The notes: generated by a model not told the origin, from the sequence alone. Positions 51,507 through 63,215 are shown, counted from the first letter of the stretch. The stretch: DNA of 64,000 nucleotides from Actinomycetota bacterium (GCA_023382335.1 JAMCPM010000011.1:65229-129228); one strand, 5' to 3'. A program made the numbers and translations.

Positions 51507-51974
51507 ATGGCAGACCGTTTAGCCATCATCGCATCGAAGGGCACGCTCGATATGGCCTATCCGCCTCTGATTCTGGCGAGCACGGCCGCGGCCATGGACA
51601 TGGAATGCGCGATATTCTTCACCTTCTACGGTCTGGATATCGTCAATAAGAAAAAGTACGCGAACCTCAAGGTCGCGCCCGTAGGCAATCCTGCCATGCC
51701 GATGCCGGTTCCCAATATCGTCGGCATGATCCCCGGAATGACCGCGGTGGCAAGCAAGATGATGAAAGACATGATGAAGAAGGCCAAACAACCGACCATC
51801 CCCGAGATGGTCAAACTTTGCGCCGAGACAGGCGTAAAATTGTGGCCTTGTGAACTGACATTGCAGGTTATGAGCATCAAACCTGAAGACCTCATTCCAG
51901 AGGTCGACAAGACCTGCGGTGCGGCGGCATTTCTGGATTATGCCGCAGAAGCCAACATCAGTCTGTTCATCTAA
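51507..51974 (+). CDS. DsrE2/DsrE-family (peroxiredoxin-like fold) putative sulfur-relay protein
   Basis: DsrE/DsrF-like architecture; 9 nt downstream of tusA. Confidence 0.55.
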   Translation: MADRLAIIASKGTLDMAYPPLILASTAAAMDMECAIFFTFYGLDIVNKKKYANLKVAPVGNPAMPMPVPNIVGMIPGMTAVASKMMKDMMKKAKQPTIPEMVKLCAETGVKLWPCELTLQVMSIKPEDLIPEVDKTCGAAAFLDYAAEANISLFI

Positions 51975-52002
51975 GCATCAATCGCATGACTGCAAGTTAC
52001 TA

Positions 52003-52033
52003 GAGGCGGGCCCCGTGCCCGCCTCTTTCTATT
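52003..52033 (+). terminator. Rho-independent terminator after the tusA-dsrE2 pair
   Basis: GAGGCGGGC-CCCGT-GCCCGCCTC followed by TTTCTATT. Confidence 0.75.
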
Positions 52034-52093
52034 GACATCAAACGCATTGATGGTAGAGTAGCCCCCGCCGAGCATGAAAGCATCGTCTATGGC

Positions 52094-55000
52094 TTGGTTC
52101 GACCTGGGTGGCTGCATTTGGCGTCAGACAAATCGAAATGGCCGAGTTCCACGATCCTTAAAGTATGTCTGGCTGCGTCCTGGCTTTTGATCATGACAGG
52201 CGCCCTTTATCTCGCCGACTCCCCTCAAGCGTCAGGCGATACATCGCTCCCGGTCCCGGCGGACATCCCTCGGCCGGAAAACGTCGGCGCCGGCTTCTTC
52301 GGCATCAACGCCGAGAGGCCGCATGAGGATGTCTACAACAGCGACATCCTTGCGGCTCCCGATCAGTACGGTTCCGATTACACCATTGAAGCCACGGTCA
52401 GGATCAACGAGACTTCGACCGCCAATGGCACAGCCGGCCTGATCGTCCGCTACGGCGGCGATGACGAGAACTTCTACTACTTTGGCATCTATCCCAATGA
52501 AGACAAGTGGAAGCTGTACAAACCCGGCTTTGCCGATCCGGTGGAGGGCTACTGCAGCGTCGGCCTTGCCCCGCAAGCCTTCGATCTCAAGGTCAGCGTA
52601 ACCGGCAGCAACATCATCGCCTTCATCAATGGCGCGCCCGTCGGCTCGATGGAAGACACATTGCTGCCAGGTGGTGGCGGCGGCCTGCGCCTGCGCAGCT
52701 CTGACACCGTATTCACGGGAGTCAAGATCGACGGCGTCGACCAGAACCTCGCCGCCTGGAGCGCCAGCCATGCCGTTGCCTGGACGGCGGCTTCAGGCAG
52801 CACCGTACACGGGAACGTCCTACTCGATCCCGCGCTGCTGGCAAGCCCGGAGCTGTCGCCCGAGCTGGATGAGCGCTTCCACATGATGTCGGCGATGGGC
52901 GCCAGCCAGGTCCGGTTCATGCTCTCCTGGGCGGAGATCCAGCCCCAGAGCTCCAGTCAGCCGTATGTCTGGCGCTACGCCGACGCCTTCGCCATCGCCG
53001 CCCACAGGTATAATCTCGAGATCGCACCGGTCGCGCTTTTTGCCCCCAGGTGGGCGGTGCGGCCCGAATACCGCGACAGTGTTTTCTATCACGCCTATCC
53101 TCCAGTTGATAACAGTGGTAGTTTTGATACTTCGCGTTTCGCGCAGTTTGCCGCCGCCGGCGCCGGCCGATACCGGCGCGGCGGGCAACTCGCTACTCAG
53201 ATGGGTTGGGGCGCGGAAACCTGCGGTCAGGCGGCCAGCTTCGAGATCGGAGCAGAATTCAACCTGGGAATCGTCTACGAGAAGAGGAGCGGCCGGTGGC
53301 AGGCTACCGGCGCGGGATGGCTCGGCAGCCTCACCCAGTTCGTTGACCTGTTGAAGGCCGGCCATGATGCGGTAAAAGGGGCATGCCCCGATTGCATCGT
53401 CCTTAATGGCGCTCCCGCGGATGACGTCATCACCAATTATGACATCAACGACGACCCCGGCCGCCACGACAGCTATGTCCCTTATCTGGATTCAGACCGG
53501 CTGATGAATCCCGACGGCACTCCCGCCTGGAGACAGACCGTCTGGCAGGGCGTCAACGATCTCTACAGCGAGATCGAGCGCCGCGCCGCGCCGGATAATC
53601 TTCCGGCAAGATATTTCGACGTCCTCAATGTGCACACGTTCATGTGGAAAGGCTACACCGCCGACTGGCCGCCCACGGCTGACGGATATGTCGACTGCTC
53701 CTACTATTCCGATGACTGCTGGAAGCTATGGTATAGCGAGAGGCTGGGGCGGGTGGTGCAGACAATGCGCGACCATAACGATTCCAGGCAGATCTGGTTG
53801 AGCGAGACCGGATTTCCCAGCGCCAGGCCGCCCAACGATAATGAGGGTTTCCTTGGTTTCCTATCTGAGGAAAAGCAGGCGCGGGCGCTGGAATCCGCGT
53901 TCGCCGAGACGGCGAAATTCCCCGAGGTCAAAAAAGTCTTCTGGTGGCAGGGCTACGATTGCCATTATTCCGGGAATCTGGGACTGGTGAGAGCCGACCT
54001 TTCAGCAAAGCCATCATACGCAGCCTATGCCTGGATGGCGGGCAAGAACCAGGCCTTCAGATCGCGCTTTTCGTTTTCCTGGTATGACAACATCGAGGCC
54101 GCCAACTGGGTGCTCATGGCTAATCCCGCATCCGCTACAGGCACGGCGAAGTTCGATCTTGCCGTCGGCGGGCGGCAGCTGGCTGTGCCGTCGCTTACCG
54201 GCGGTCTTGCCGGGGAGGTCCCGCCCGGGCAAGTCCTGTACGCGCGATATCCCGGCCTCATCGGCGGACCGGTTCATGCAGGTTACGAGGCAGGCTCGGG
54301 GGCCATCGCCAGCGAGAGGACGCTCTGGGCGGGCAACTCCCTCGAGGAGGTGGTGGGCACGGAGAGTTCAAGGCTCTCTGACCATTTCTTCTGGACCTGG
54401 TACGACGAACGATCGGCGGGTTATAAAGACTGGATCCTGATCGCCAATCCAGCCTCGACCCCGGTTTACTACAGCGTCAGGGTAGCCGGCGACGGCGGCG
54501 CCACCGGCCGGATCGCACCGGGCGAGATCGTCACGCAGCGCTTTCCCGGCATCATGGGAGGGCCGGTCGAGGTCCAGGCCTGGGCCGACGGCATCGGCGG
54601 CGATCTGCCGGCTGAAGTCATGGCCTCACAGCGAGTGCTGTCCAATGGGGACAAGGCCTTCAACGAGGTGCCGGGCATACCCGCCGCCGAGCTTGGCAGT
54701 GATTACTTGTGGACCTGGTATGACATGCAGAGCACCGGCGCCAGGGACTGGCTGCTGATCGCCAATCCCGCCGGAGCTGCGCCCATCTATTACGAGATAA
54801 GCATCGGCGGCGCTCCGGTCGCAAGTGGCGGCCCCATCTATTCCGGGCAGAGCGTATCGCCGGCGTTCCCCGGAACCATGGCGGGGCCGGTCGAGGTCAA
54901 GACCTTTGCCGACCCCGGGCATCAGGCCGCCGCCAGTTCAATCGCCACCCAACGGGTCATCTGGGATCCCTCATTCGAGGAAGTCCCTGGCTTCCCCAAG

Positions 55001-55321
55001 GCGGAGCTGTCGAATGAGTATCACTGGACCTGGTATGACATGCAGAGCACCGGCGCCCGCAACTGGGTCATCGTCGCAAATCCCCCCGGCGCCGCTCCCA
55101 TCTATTACAAGGTCTGGATGGGTGGGAGGCAGGTCCAGAGTGGGGGGCCCATCGATGGTGGGCAGAACCAGGCCGTTGTCTTCCCGGGATACATGGGCGG
55201 CCCGGTGGAGGTCAGGACTTACAACGACGCCGCATTCACCGTCGCGGCGGGCTCCCTGACCTCCCAGAGGGTCTTATGGAATGGCTACCTCAACGAGGTT
55301 TCTGGCACAAAACTGGATTGA
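52094..55321 (+). CDS. Large secreted/membrane-anchored multidomain protein: N-terminal TM anchor, concanavalin/DUF1080-like domain, TIM-barrel glycoside-hydrolase-like domain, four C-terminal ~106-aa tandem repeat modules
   Basis: 1075-aa ORF (TTG start); repeats share W-T-W-Y-D...L-I-A-N-P...Y-Y...F-P-G-x-M-G-G-P-V-E-V...S-Q-R-V consensus. Confidence 0.6.
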   Translation: MVRPGWLHLASDKSKWPSSTILKVCLAASWLLIMTGALYLADSPQASGDTSLPVPADIPRPENVGAGFFGINAERPHEDVYNSDILAAPDQYGSDYTIEATVRINETSTANGTAGLIVRYGGDDENFYYFGIYPNEDKWKLYKPGFADPVEGYCSVGLAPQAFDLKVSVTGSNIIAFINGAPVGSMEDTLLPGGGGGLRLRSSDTVFTGVKIDGVDQNLAAWSASHAVAWTAASGSTVHGNVLLDPALLASPELSPELDERFHMMSAMGASQVRFMLSWAEIQPQSSSQPYVWRYADAFAIAAHRYNLEIAPVALFAPRWAVRPEYRDSVFYHAYPPVDNSGSFDTSRFAQFAAAGAGRYRRGGQLATQMGWGAETCGQAASFEIGAEFNLGIVYEKRSGRWQATGAGWLGSLTQFVDLLKAGHDAVKGACPDCIVLNGAPADDVITNYDINDDPGRHDSYVPYLDSDRLMNPDGTPAWRQTVWQGVNDLYSEIERRAAPDNLPARYFDVLNVHTFMWKGYTADWPPTADGYVDCSYYSDDCWKLWYSERLGRVVQTMRDHNDSRQIWLSETGFPSARPPNDNEGFLGFLSEEKQARALESAFAETAKFPEVKKVFWWQGYDCHYSGNLGLVRADLSAKPSYAAYAWMAGKNQAFRSRFSFSWYDNIEAANWVLMANPASATGTAKFDLAVGGRQLAVPSLTGGLAGEVPPGQVLYARYPGLIGGPVHAGYEAGSGAIASERTLWAGNSLEEVVGTESSRLSDHFFWTWYDERSAGYKDWILIANPASTPVYYSVRVAGDGGATGRIAPGEIVTQRFPGIMGGPVEVQAWADGIGGDLPAEVMASQRVLSNGDKAFNEVPGIPAAELGSDYLWTWYDMQSTGARDWLLIANPAGAAPIYYEISIGGAPVASGGPIYSGQSVSPAFPGTMAGPVEVKTFADPGHQAAASSIATQRVIWDPSFEEVPGFPKAELSNEYHWTWYDMQSTGARNWVIVANPPGAAPIYYKVWMGGRQVQSGGPIDGGQNQAVVFPGYMGGPVEVRTYNDAAFTVAAGSLTSQRVLWNGYLNEVSGTKLD
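54060..55321 (+). repeat. Four tandem ~318-bp coding repeats (units near 54070, 54387, 54704, 55019)
   Basis: The last two units are near-identical at nucleotide level over ~60 nt (CTGGACCTGGTATGACATGCAGAGCACCGGCGCC...). Confidence 0.7.
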
Positions 55322-55330
55322 CGTCAAGCG

Positions 55331-56611
55331 TCAGGCACGGCGCAGCGAACACTGGTCGCCGCACATGCTGCAGCCATCGGGATCGTCCAGCGGCCTGGCT
55401 TCACGGACAGAGCGCGCGCGCCCGGGATCGAGCGCCAGCGCAAACTGGGCTTCCCAGTCCAGGCTTCTCCTGGCCTCGCCCATGGCCAGATCGCGGTTGC
55501 GTCGTCCCAGCCTGATCATGTCGCCGACGTGGACAGCCAGCCTGGCCGCGATCACGCCTTCGCGCACATCCTCCTTGAAGGGAAGCCCCAGATGCTCCGC
55601 GGGCGTGACGTAACAGATGAAATCAGTGCCGTAGGCGACCGCCCAGGCTGAGCCTATGGCTGCGGTGATGTGGTCATAACCCGGTGCGATGTCGGTAGTG
55701 ATCGGCCCCAGCATGTAGAAAGGCTTGCCTCGGCTCATCTTCTTCTGCAGGACCACATTTGCCTCGATCTCATCGATGGGTATATGGCCGGGCCCCTCGA
55801 GCATCGCCTGAACGCCCGCATCCCTGGCGCGATCCGCCAGGGCGCAGTTGACCAGGAGCTCCTGGATCTGGGCCTGATCGGTTGAATCGGCGGTGGCGCC
55901 GGCCCGCATGCCGTTGCCCAGGCTGAGCACGACTTCATATTCCCGCAATATTTCCAGCAGCCGGTCGAACTCTTCAAACAGCGGATTCTCACGGCCGTTT
56001 TTTTCCATCCATGAGATCATGAAAGCACCGCCGCGGCTGACCAGTCCGCCGTTCCGTCTGCCCTGGCTTTGCAGGACATCGACGGTCTGGCGGTTGACAC
56101 CGCAATGGATGGCCATGAAGCCGATGCCGTCTGCGGCCTGCCGCTCGATTATCTCGAATAGCATCTCTTCGCTCATGTCGACCGCGGCTCCCAGCCTCTC
56201 CGAAGCCTCGGCTCCGGCCTGGTAGAGGGGCACGCTGCCGACGGGCATGCCGGCGGCGCCGACGATGCTCCGGCGGATGTCATCCAGGTCGCCGGCGGTG
56301 CTGAGCTCCATCAGCGTATCGGCGCCGTACTCACGGGCCACTGATGCTTTCTCCAGCTCCATGTCGAGATCGATGATGTCCGACGAGGTGCCGATGCTGG
56401 CGTTGACCTTGGCGCGCAGCCCTTTGCCGATGCCTACCGCGGCAGCCGGCTTGCCGTCGCCAGTGAGGACGACGATGTTCCCTTTTTCGATTCCCCGGCG
56501 GATGAACTCCGGCTCGACTCCCTCAGCGGCGGCGACGCTGCGCATCTCATCCGTGATCTCACCGTCGCGTGCGCGGTCCAGCATGGTTCTTTTTCGCATC
56601 CCTGACTGCAT
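55331..56611 (-). CDS. thiC: Phosphomethylpyrimidine synthase
   Basis: ThiC conserved segments (GVNRQT, radical-SAM-related C-terminal CxxCxxxxC: CSMCGDQC); start set to MQSGMRK preceded by GGGAGAAGAG. Confidence 0.9.
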   Translation of the reverse strand: MQSGMRKRTMLDRARDGEITDEMRSVAAAEGVEPEFIRRGIEKGNIVVLTGDGKPAAAVGIGKGLRAKVNASIGTSSDIIDLDMELEKASVAREYGADTLMELSTAGDLDDIRRSIVGAAGMPVGSVPLYQAGAEASERLGAAVDMSEEMLFEIIERQAADGIGFMAIHCGVNRQTVDVLQSQGRRNGGLVSRGGAFMISWMEKNGRENPLFEEFDRLLEILREYEVVLSLGNGMRAGATADSTDQAQIQELLVNCALADRARDAGVQAMLEGPGHIPIDEIEANVVLQKKMSRGKPFYMLGPITTDIAPGYDHITAAIGSAWAVAYGTDFICYVTPAEHLGLPFKEDVREGVIAARLAVHVGDMIRLGRRNRDLAMGEARRSLDWEAQFALALDPGRARSVREARPLDDPDGCSMCGDQCSLRRA

Positions 56612-56640
56612 CTCTTCTCCCTGTTCGTGCCGTTCCCATA

Positions 56641-56680
56641 AAAACGAGAAAACCCCAGCCGTGGGGCTTGGGGTTTTTGG
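56641..56680 (-). terminator. Intrinsic terminator/attenuator immediately upstream of the thiC RBS (riboswitch expression platform)
   Basis: Minus-strand CCCCAAGCC-CCAC-GGCUGGGG followed by UUUUCUCGUUUUU. Confidence 0.65.
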
Positions 56681-56699
56681 CAGACTCACGTCCAGCCTT

Positions 56700-56880
56700 C
56701 TCGATTCCCCGAAGAACGGCTTTCATTAATGAGTCAGGCAGGTCTTCTGGCTTCCGGATGGATTCCCGTCTCCGCCCTTCCCGGGCGATATGCCCAGTGG
56801 TTGGAAACATCAAGCTGATATCCGGTTACAGCGGCGGGCCCGCGCCGGTATCTCACCGGCTTCCCTATTCTCCCTTTCAG
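56700..56880 (-). promoter_or_regulatory. Probable TPP (THI-box) riboswitch aptamer in the thiC 5' leader
   Basis: ~280-nt structured leader; segments GGGAAGCC-GGUGAGAUACC (cf. GGGGUGCC...CUGAGA.AUACC), AACCGGAU, CCCGGGAAGG (cf. GGGAAG); terminator directly downstream. Confidence 0.5.
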
Positions 56881-56970
56881 GCACCTGACCAAGATATGTG
56901 TCCAGGCGAAAAGATATGCTTCCCGGCGGCGGATTTCAACCAGGCGGCATTTGCCGCGGCCATGGCCTCA

Positions 56971-57567
56971 TCAGGCTTCCAGCAGCTCCAGCCACTTGTC
57001 GATATCAATTTTCCCGACGGCCATCAACTCGATCTTCTCCATCCACAGGTCCTGAAATCTGGCCCTCTGCCCGTCACTGGCGGCGCCGTGAACGACAAGT
57101 TTCATCAAATCAGCCAGAATCTGGCCCTTCTCCTCCGGGAAGGGGATCAGCCCGGGGCGGAACCTGGTCTGCACACTGCGGCCCGTGTCGATCCGCTCGA
57201 ACCGCAGGCACACTCCGCCGCAGCCTTCATCCGCAGGCGCAAACCGGAGAAGGTCTTTTCTTTTGAAAAGAGGGCCCAGTCCCTTGAACCCTGTCCCGGG
57301 AGCGGCGCCGGTGATAAACGTGCAGACCTGGGCCATGACGCCAAGCGCTCCTTCATCAGGTTCACCGTAGACGGTCACACGGATATCGCCGCGCACCGGC
57401 GTGTCATCACCATAGAGGGCTGAGAGCGCCAGCTGGCAGCTCAGATATGCGCCGGTAACCGAAGGACAGGCGTGGCCTGCCAGCTTGACGGCGTCGATGA
57501 ATGAATATTCCATCACGGCATCTTCCTCTCTGAATGCTCCCAGCGTCTCCGCAAGCGGTTCTCTCAT
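56971..57567 (-). CDS. FmdE/FwdE-family protein (GHxCP motif)
   Basis: AGHACPSVTGAY FmdE-domain signature; start ambiguous (M at 57567 or 57513). Confidence 0.55.
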   Translation of the reverse strand: MREPLAETLGAFREEDAVMEYSFIDAVKLAGHACPSVTGAYLSCQLALSALYGDDTPVRGDIRVTVYGEPDEGALGVMAQVCTFITGAAPGTGFKGLGPLFKRKDLLRFAPADEGCGGVCLRFERIDTGRSVQTRFRPGLIPFPEEKGQILADLMKLVVHGAASDGQRARFQDLWMEKIELMAVGKIDIDKWLELLEA

Positions 57568-57785
57568 GCATATGGGCTCCACCTGATTGAAAAAATCCCT
57601 GAATCCGTTCTCTCGGTCCATGAGTTCACAACACCTTTCTGATAAACAAGACAATCTGAAGTTACCCGGTTTGCGTCAAAAAAATATGATTATCATCACG
57701 CCACCGGGTATTGGTTCGCGCCCCCGGCCGTTGAAAATTGACAGGCGGCATACCGGAGTTATAGATTCAGGCCAGGGTCACAGAT

Positions 57786-58166
57786 ATGCCGGAAGAAGAA
57801 AAGAAAAAGCTGCTCATCCTCCAGACCAGCGGCATCAGGGAGCCGAGGAGGACCTACGCACCCCTGTATATCGCCACCACCGCCGCCGTCATGGACCTTG
57901 ACGTCACAATCTGGTTTACCATGGAGGGTGTCTCGCAACTCAAGAAGGGCGCCGCCGAGAAGATCGAACTGGTGCCTGGCACCGGCGTCACCCTGCAGAC
58001 ATGGCTCGACCGGGCCCGCAAGGCCGGCGTCAAATTCATGTCCTGCGCCCAGGCGATGGAAGCGGAGGGCCTGACTGTCGAGGATCTGGTCGAGGGCTGC
58101 GAAATGGCTGGGGCGGCAGGGATCATTGAGCTGTCGTTCGAGGCCGACCAGGTCATGTATTTCTAG
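57786..58166 (+). CDS. DsrE/DsrF-like family protein
   Basis: 126 aa; KKLLILQTSG...YAPLYIATTAAVMDLDVTIWFTMEGV pattern of the DsrE fold. Confidence 0.55.
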   Translation: MPEEEKKKLLILQTSGIREPRRTYAPLYIATTAAVMDLDVTIWFTMEGVSQLKKGAAEKIELVPGTGVTLQTWLDRARKAGVKFMSCAQAMEAEGLTVEDLVEGCEMAGAAGIIELSFEADQVMYF

Positions 58167-58267
58167 TCGCACCCACCGCTCTTCCATCCCGTTCCCATCC
58201 CGACCTTCCCATGCTGATCGATTGTTCGCGAGGTTCCCAAATCACGGTTTTATAAGCGATCCTTATC

Positions 58268-58317
58268 TTGACGCGGCCCACTTTCGCGTATAACATATCG
58301 GTGTTCACCGATATAAT
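58268..58317 (+). promoter_or_regulatory. arsR promoter with perfect palindromic operator ATATCGGTG-TT-CACCGATAT
   Basis: TTGACG (-35), 17 nt, TAACAT (-10); palindrome 58295-58314 overlaps a second TATAAT. Confidence 0.55.
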
Positions 58318-58386
58318 AATTTTCTCGGGAATAATGCATCGTCGTATCACGATATATTCATTCCTGCGGCATCATAAGGGAAATCA

Positions 58387-58740
58387 ATGACTCTCACGGA
58401 TTACGAAGAGGTCCTCAAAGCGGCAGCGGATCCAGTCCGTGCCCGCATGCTTAAACTGCTGGAGGGCCGCGAGCTCTGTGTCTGTGAAATGATGGAGGTC
58501 CTGGGGCTGGGCCAATCGACCATATCGGGACATTTGGCCTTGCTTAAAAAGGCTTGTCTGGTGACCGCGCGCAAGGATGGCCGCTGGGTCCATTATTCGC
58601 TCAGCGCCAGCAAGAGCAATCAGTACGCCCGGCCTCTGCTGGCCCTGATGCTGGGCTGGCTGGAAGACGACGCCAGGGTGAGAGCGGACCGCCGGCGCCT
58701 GGCGGCAATCCTCGAGAAGGCGTCCGATAAATGCAGCTAG
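58387..58740 (+). CDS. arsR: ArsR/SmtB-family metalloregulator
   Basis: ELCVCEMM metal-binding motif in the wHTH. Confidence 0.8.
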   Translation: MTLTDYEEVLKAAADPVRARMLKLLEGRELCVCEMMEVLGLGQSTISGHLALLKKACLVTARKDGRWVHYSLSASKSNQYARPLLALMLGWLEDDARVRADRRRLAAILEKASDKCS

Positions 58741-58792
58741 CCTACCGGACGGCTATTGATTTCCAGGCCGGCTGCGCACACGCGAGCATCGC

Positions 58793-59860
58793 ATGAGACT
58801 TTCATTCCTCGACCGCTATCTTACGCTCTGGATCTTCCTTACCATGGCCGCTGCCGTCGCCGCCGGCAAACTCTTCCCGGGCGTCCCCGACATGATCACC
58901 CGTTTCTCATGGGGCACGACTTCGATCCCTATCGCCATCGGGCTCATCGTGATGATGTACCCGCCGCTGGCAAAAGTCAGGTACGAGGAGCTGGGACGGG
59001 TCTTCCGTAATTTCCGCATCCTGGGCACCTCGCTGGTGCTCAACTGGGTGATCGGCCCGATTTTGATGTTCGCTCTGGCAGCGCTGCTTTTAAGCGACAA
59101 ACCTGAATACATGCAGGGGGTCATCATGATCGGGCTGGCCCGTTGCATAGCCATGGTCATCGTCTGGAACGAGCTGGCCATGGGTGACTCTGAGTATGCA
59201 GCCGGGCTGGTGGCCTTCAACTCGGTCTTCCAGGTGCTTTTCTACTCGGTCTACGCTTACGTTTTCATCTCTTACCTGCCGGCGAAGGTGGGTCTGGAAG
59301 GCACACTGGTGCAGGTTTCGATAGGGCAGATCGCCCGAAGCGTCTTCTTTTACCTGGGCATCCCGTTCCTCGCCGGTTTCACCACCAGGTTCGTGCTGAC
59401 CCGGCTGAAGGGGAAATCCTGGTACCAGCAGCGTTTTATCCCCCGGATCAGCCCGCTGACGCTGATAGCGCTGCTGTTCACGATATTCGTGATGTTCTCA
59501 CTCAAGGGGGCGGTCATCCTTGAGCTGCCGTTTGACGTTCTGCGTGTGGCGATACCTCTGCTGATCTACTTCGTGGCCATGTTCTTCATCAGTTTCTGGA
59601 TAGGTAAGCGTGTAGGCGCCGGCTATGCCCGCAGCGCTTCGCTGTCATTCACCGCCGCCTCCAACAATTTCGAGCTGGCGATCGCCGTTTCCGTGGGAGT
59701 CTTCGGACTGGGCTCGGCCCAGGCTTTTGCCGCCGTTATCGGCCCACTTGTGGAGGTACCGGTTCTCATCAGCCTGGTCAACGTAGCCCTATGTTTCCGG
59801 GGAAGATACTTTTCAGAGCCGCCGGAGCCCGCGTTTGACAAGCTTTCGGGGCTGAATTAG
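58793..59860 (+). CDS. acr3: Arsenite efflux transporter, ACR3 family
   Basis: 355 aa, 10 TM helices, conserved Cys in TM4 region ([12 protein letters not shown]). Confidence 0.85.
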   Translation: MRLSFLDRYLTLWIFLTMAAAVAAGKLFPGVPDMITRFSWGTTSIPIAIGLIVMMYPPLAKVRYEELGRVFRNFRILGTSLVLNWVIGPILMFALAALLLSDKPEYMQGVIMIGLARCIAMVIVWNELAMGDSEYAAGLVAFNSVFQVLFYSVYAYVFISYLPAKVGLEGTLVQVSIGQIARSVFFYLGIPFLAGFTTRFVLTRLKGKSWYQQRFIPRISPLTLIALLFTIFVMFSLKGAVILELPFDVLRVAIPLLIYFVAMFFISFWIGKRVGAGYARSASLSFTAASNNFELAIAVSVGVFGLGSAQAFAAVIGPLVEVPVLISLVNVALCFRGRYFSEPPEPAFDKLSGLN

Positions 59861-59895
59861 AATTCGCCGACACGCGAGGCTGACTGGAGCTTTCC

Positions 59896-60351
59896 ATGAC
59901 TGAGATCCAGGGATGTAACTTTCCCGAAGAGGGCATCTCCTACGATGTCGAGAACCAGATGTGGGTGCGGTTCGATGACGACGGTTCGATCACCTCCGGC
60001 CTGACCGACATCGGCCAGCACATCGCCGGGCATATCCTCTATGTCCGGCCCCGCAAGGTGGGCGAAGACGTGCGAAAAGGCAAACGCGCCGCCATCATCG
60101 AGAGCGGCAAATACGTCGGCCCGATCAATGCTCCCCTGAGCGGGAAGATAATCGAGGTCAATCCTAAGGTCCTTGCAAACGCGGGCATCATCAACGACGA
60201 GCCGTATGGGGAAGGATGGGTCTTCAGGCTCAAGCCGTCCGACCTGGAAAAGGAAGAAAGCGGCTTGCTGTCAGGCGACGCCGCCATGGAAGCCATAAAG
60301 GACAAGCTGGAGCGCGAGTCCTGGGACTGCTCTTCCGGCCGGGGAGACTAG
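59896..60351 (+). CDS. Glycine-cleavage H-protein-like lipoyl-domain protein (GcvH/LbpA-like)
   Basis: IESGKYVGPINAPLSGKIIEVN aligns to GcvH [22 protein letters not shown]; Lys retained at lipoylation position. Confidence 0.6.
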   Translation: MTEIQGCNFPEEGISYDVENQMWVRFDDDGSITSGLTDIGQHIAGHILYVRPRKVGEDVRKGKRAAIIESGKYVGPINAPLSGKIIEVNPKVLANAGIINDEPYGEGWVFRLKPSDLEKEESGLLSGDAAMEAIKDKLERESWDCSSGRGD

Positions 60352-60380
60352 CTTCCGACCTGACTTACCGGAAACGCCCT

Positions 60381-62585
<2,205 letters not shown>

Positions 62586-62605
62586 TTACTTATTCAGTTC
62601 GTGGT

Positions 62606-63193
62606 TCAGGAGGTGGTGCCCAGCAAATAGCCGACGATGCCGATGACGATACCCGCCGTCACCATCTTCAGGCCCGAGAAAATGATCCGCTCGCGGGAGA
62701 TCGACCCGAGAAACACGCCAAGCCCGAACAGCTCCGCGAAGACCAGCGCGAACGAAATGTAGAAAGCGTCCTCGATCGCCAGCGAGCTTCCCAGGAAGAA
62801 TGGCGACACGGCGATCACAGCGGCGGCGAAGGGGGAAAAGCCGTCGACCAGGGCCACGAAAATACTGGCATAGACCGACGCATGGCCGATATCGGTGTCC
62901 TTGAGATCGGTAAGCGTCGACTCCTCGAGCTCCGCCAGCGACCGGCTGCGCTCAGCCCGCTCGATCATGTATGTGCCGTAGAAACCGGAAACGCCCATGG
63001 CGAACGACGCCGCCATGCCCAGGGTCACGATGGCTCCGGCGTCCCGCACGTGGCCGAAGAACCCGCCGACCAGGACACCGAGTATGGTCAGCACGCCATC
63101 GAATGCGTTCATGGCAAAGTAGCGCCGCGCGATCTCGCCAACATGCGAGATGCGATGGTACCTGCGGAGGGTGCGGATACTGGGAATCTTCAA
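62606..63193 (-). CDS. VIT1/CCC1-family (DUF125) membrane protein, putative Fe/Mn transporter
   Basis: 195 aa, 5 TM helices. Confidence 0.55.
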   Translation of the reverse strand: MKIPSIRTLRRYHRISHVGEIARRYFAMNAFDGVLTILGVLVGGFFGHVRDAGAIVTLGMAASFAMGVSGFYGTYMIERAERSRSLAELEESTLTDLKDTDIGHASVYASIFVALVDGFSPFAAAVIAVSPFFLGSSLAIEDAFYISFALVFAELFGLGVFLGSISRERIIFSGLKMVTAGIVIGIVGYLLGTTS

Positions 63194-63215
63194 GGAGCGG
63201 GGAGGGCCCCCTTGC

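Noticed and set aside
54060-55321. Possible CRISPR array suggested by the regular ~318-bp periodicity
   Set aside because: The repeats are long, protein-coding and in-frame modules of one ORF, not short direct repeats with spacers.
56612-56689. N-terminal 26-codon extension of thiC in the ORF track
   Set aside because: The sequence is the riboswitch terminator hairpin and U-tract; the RBS and ATG follow it.
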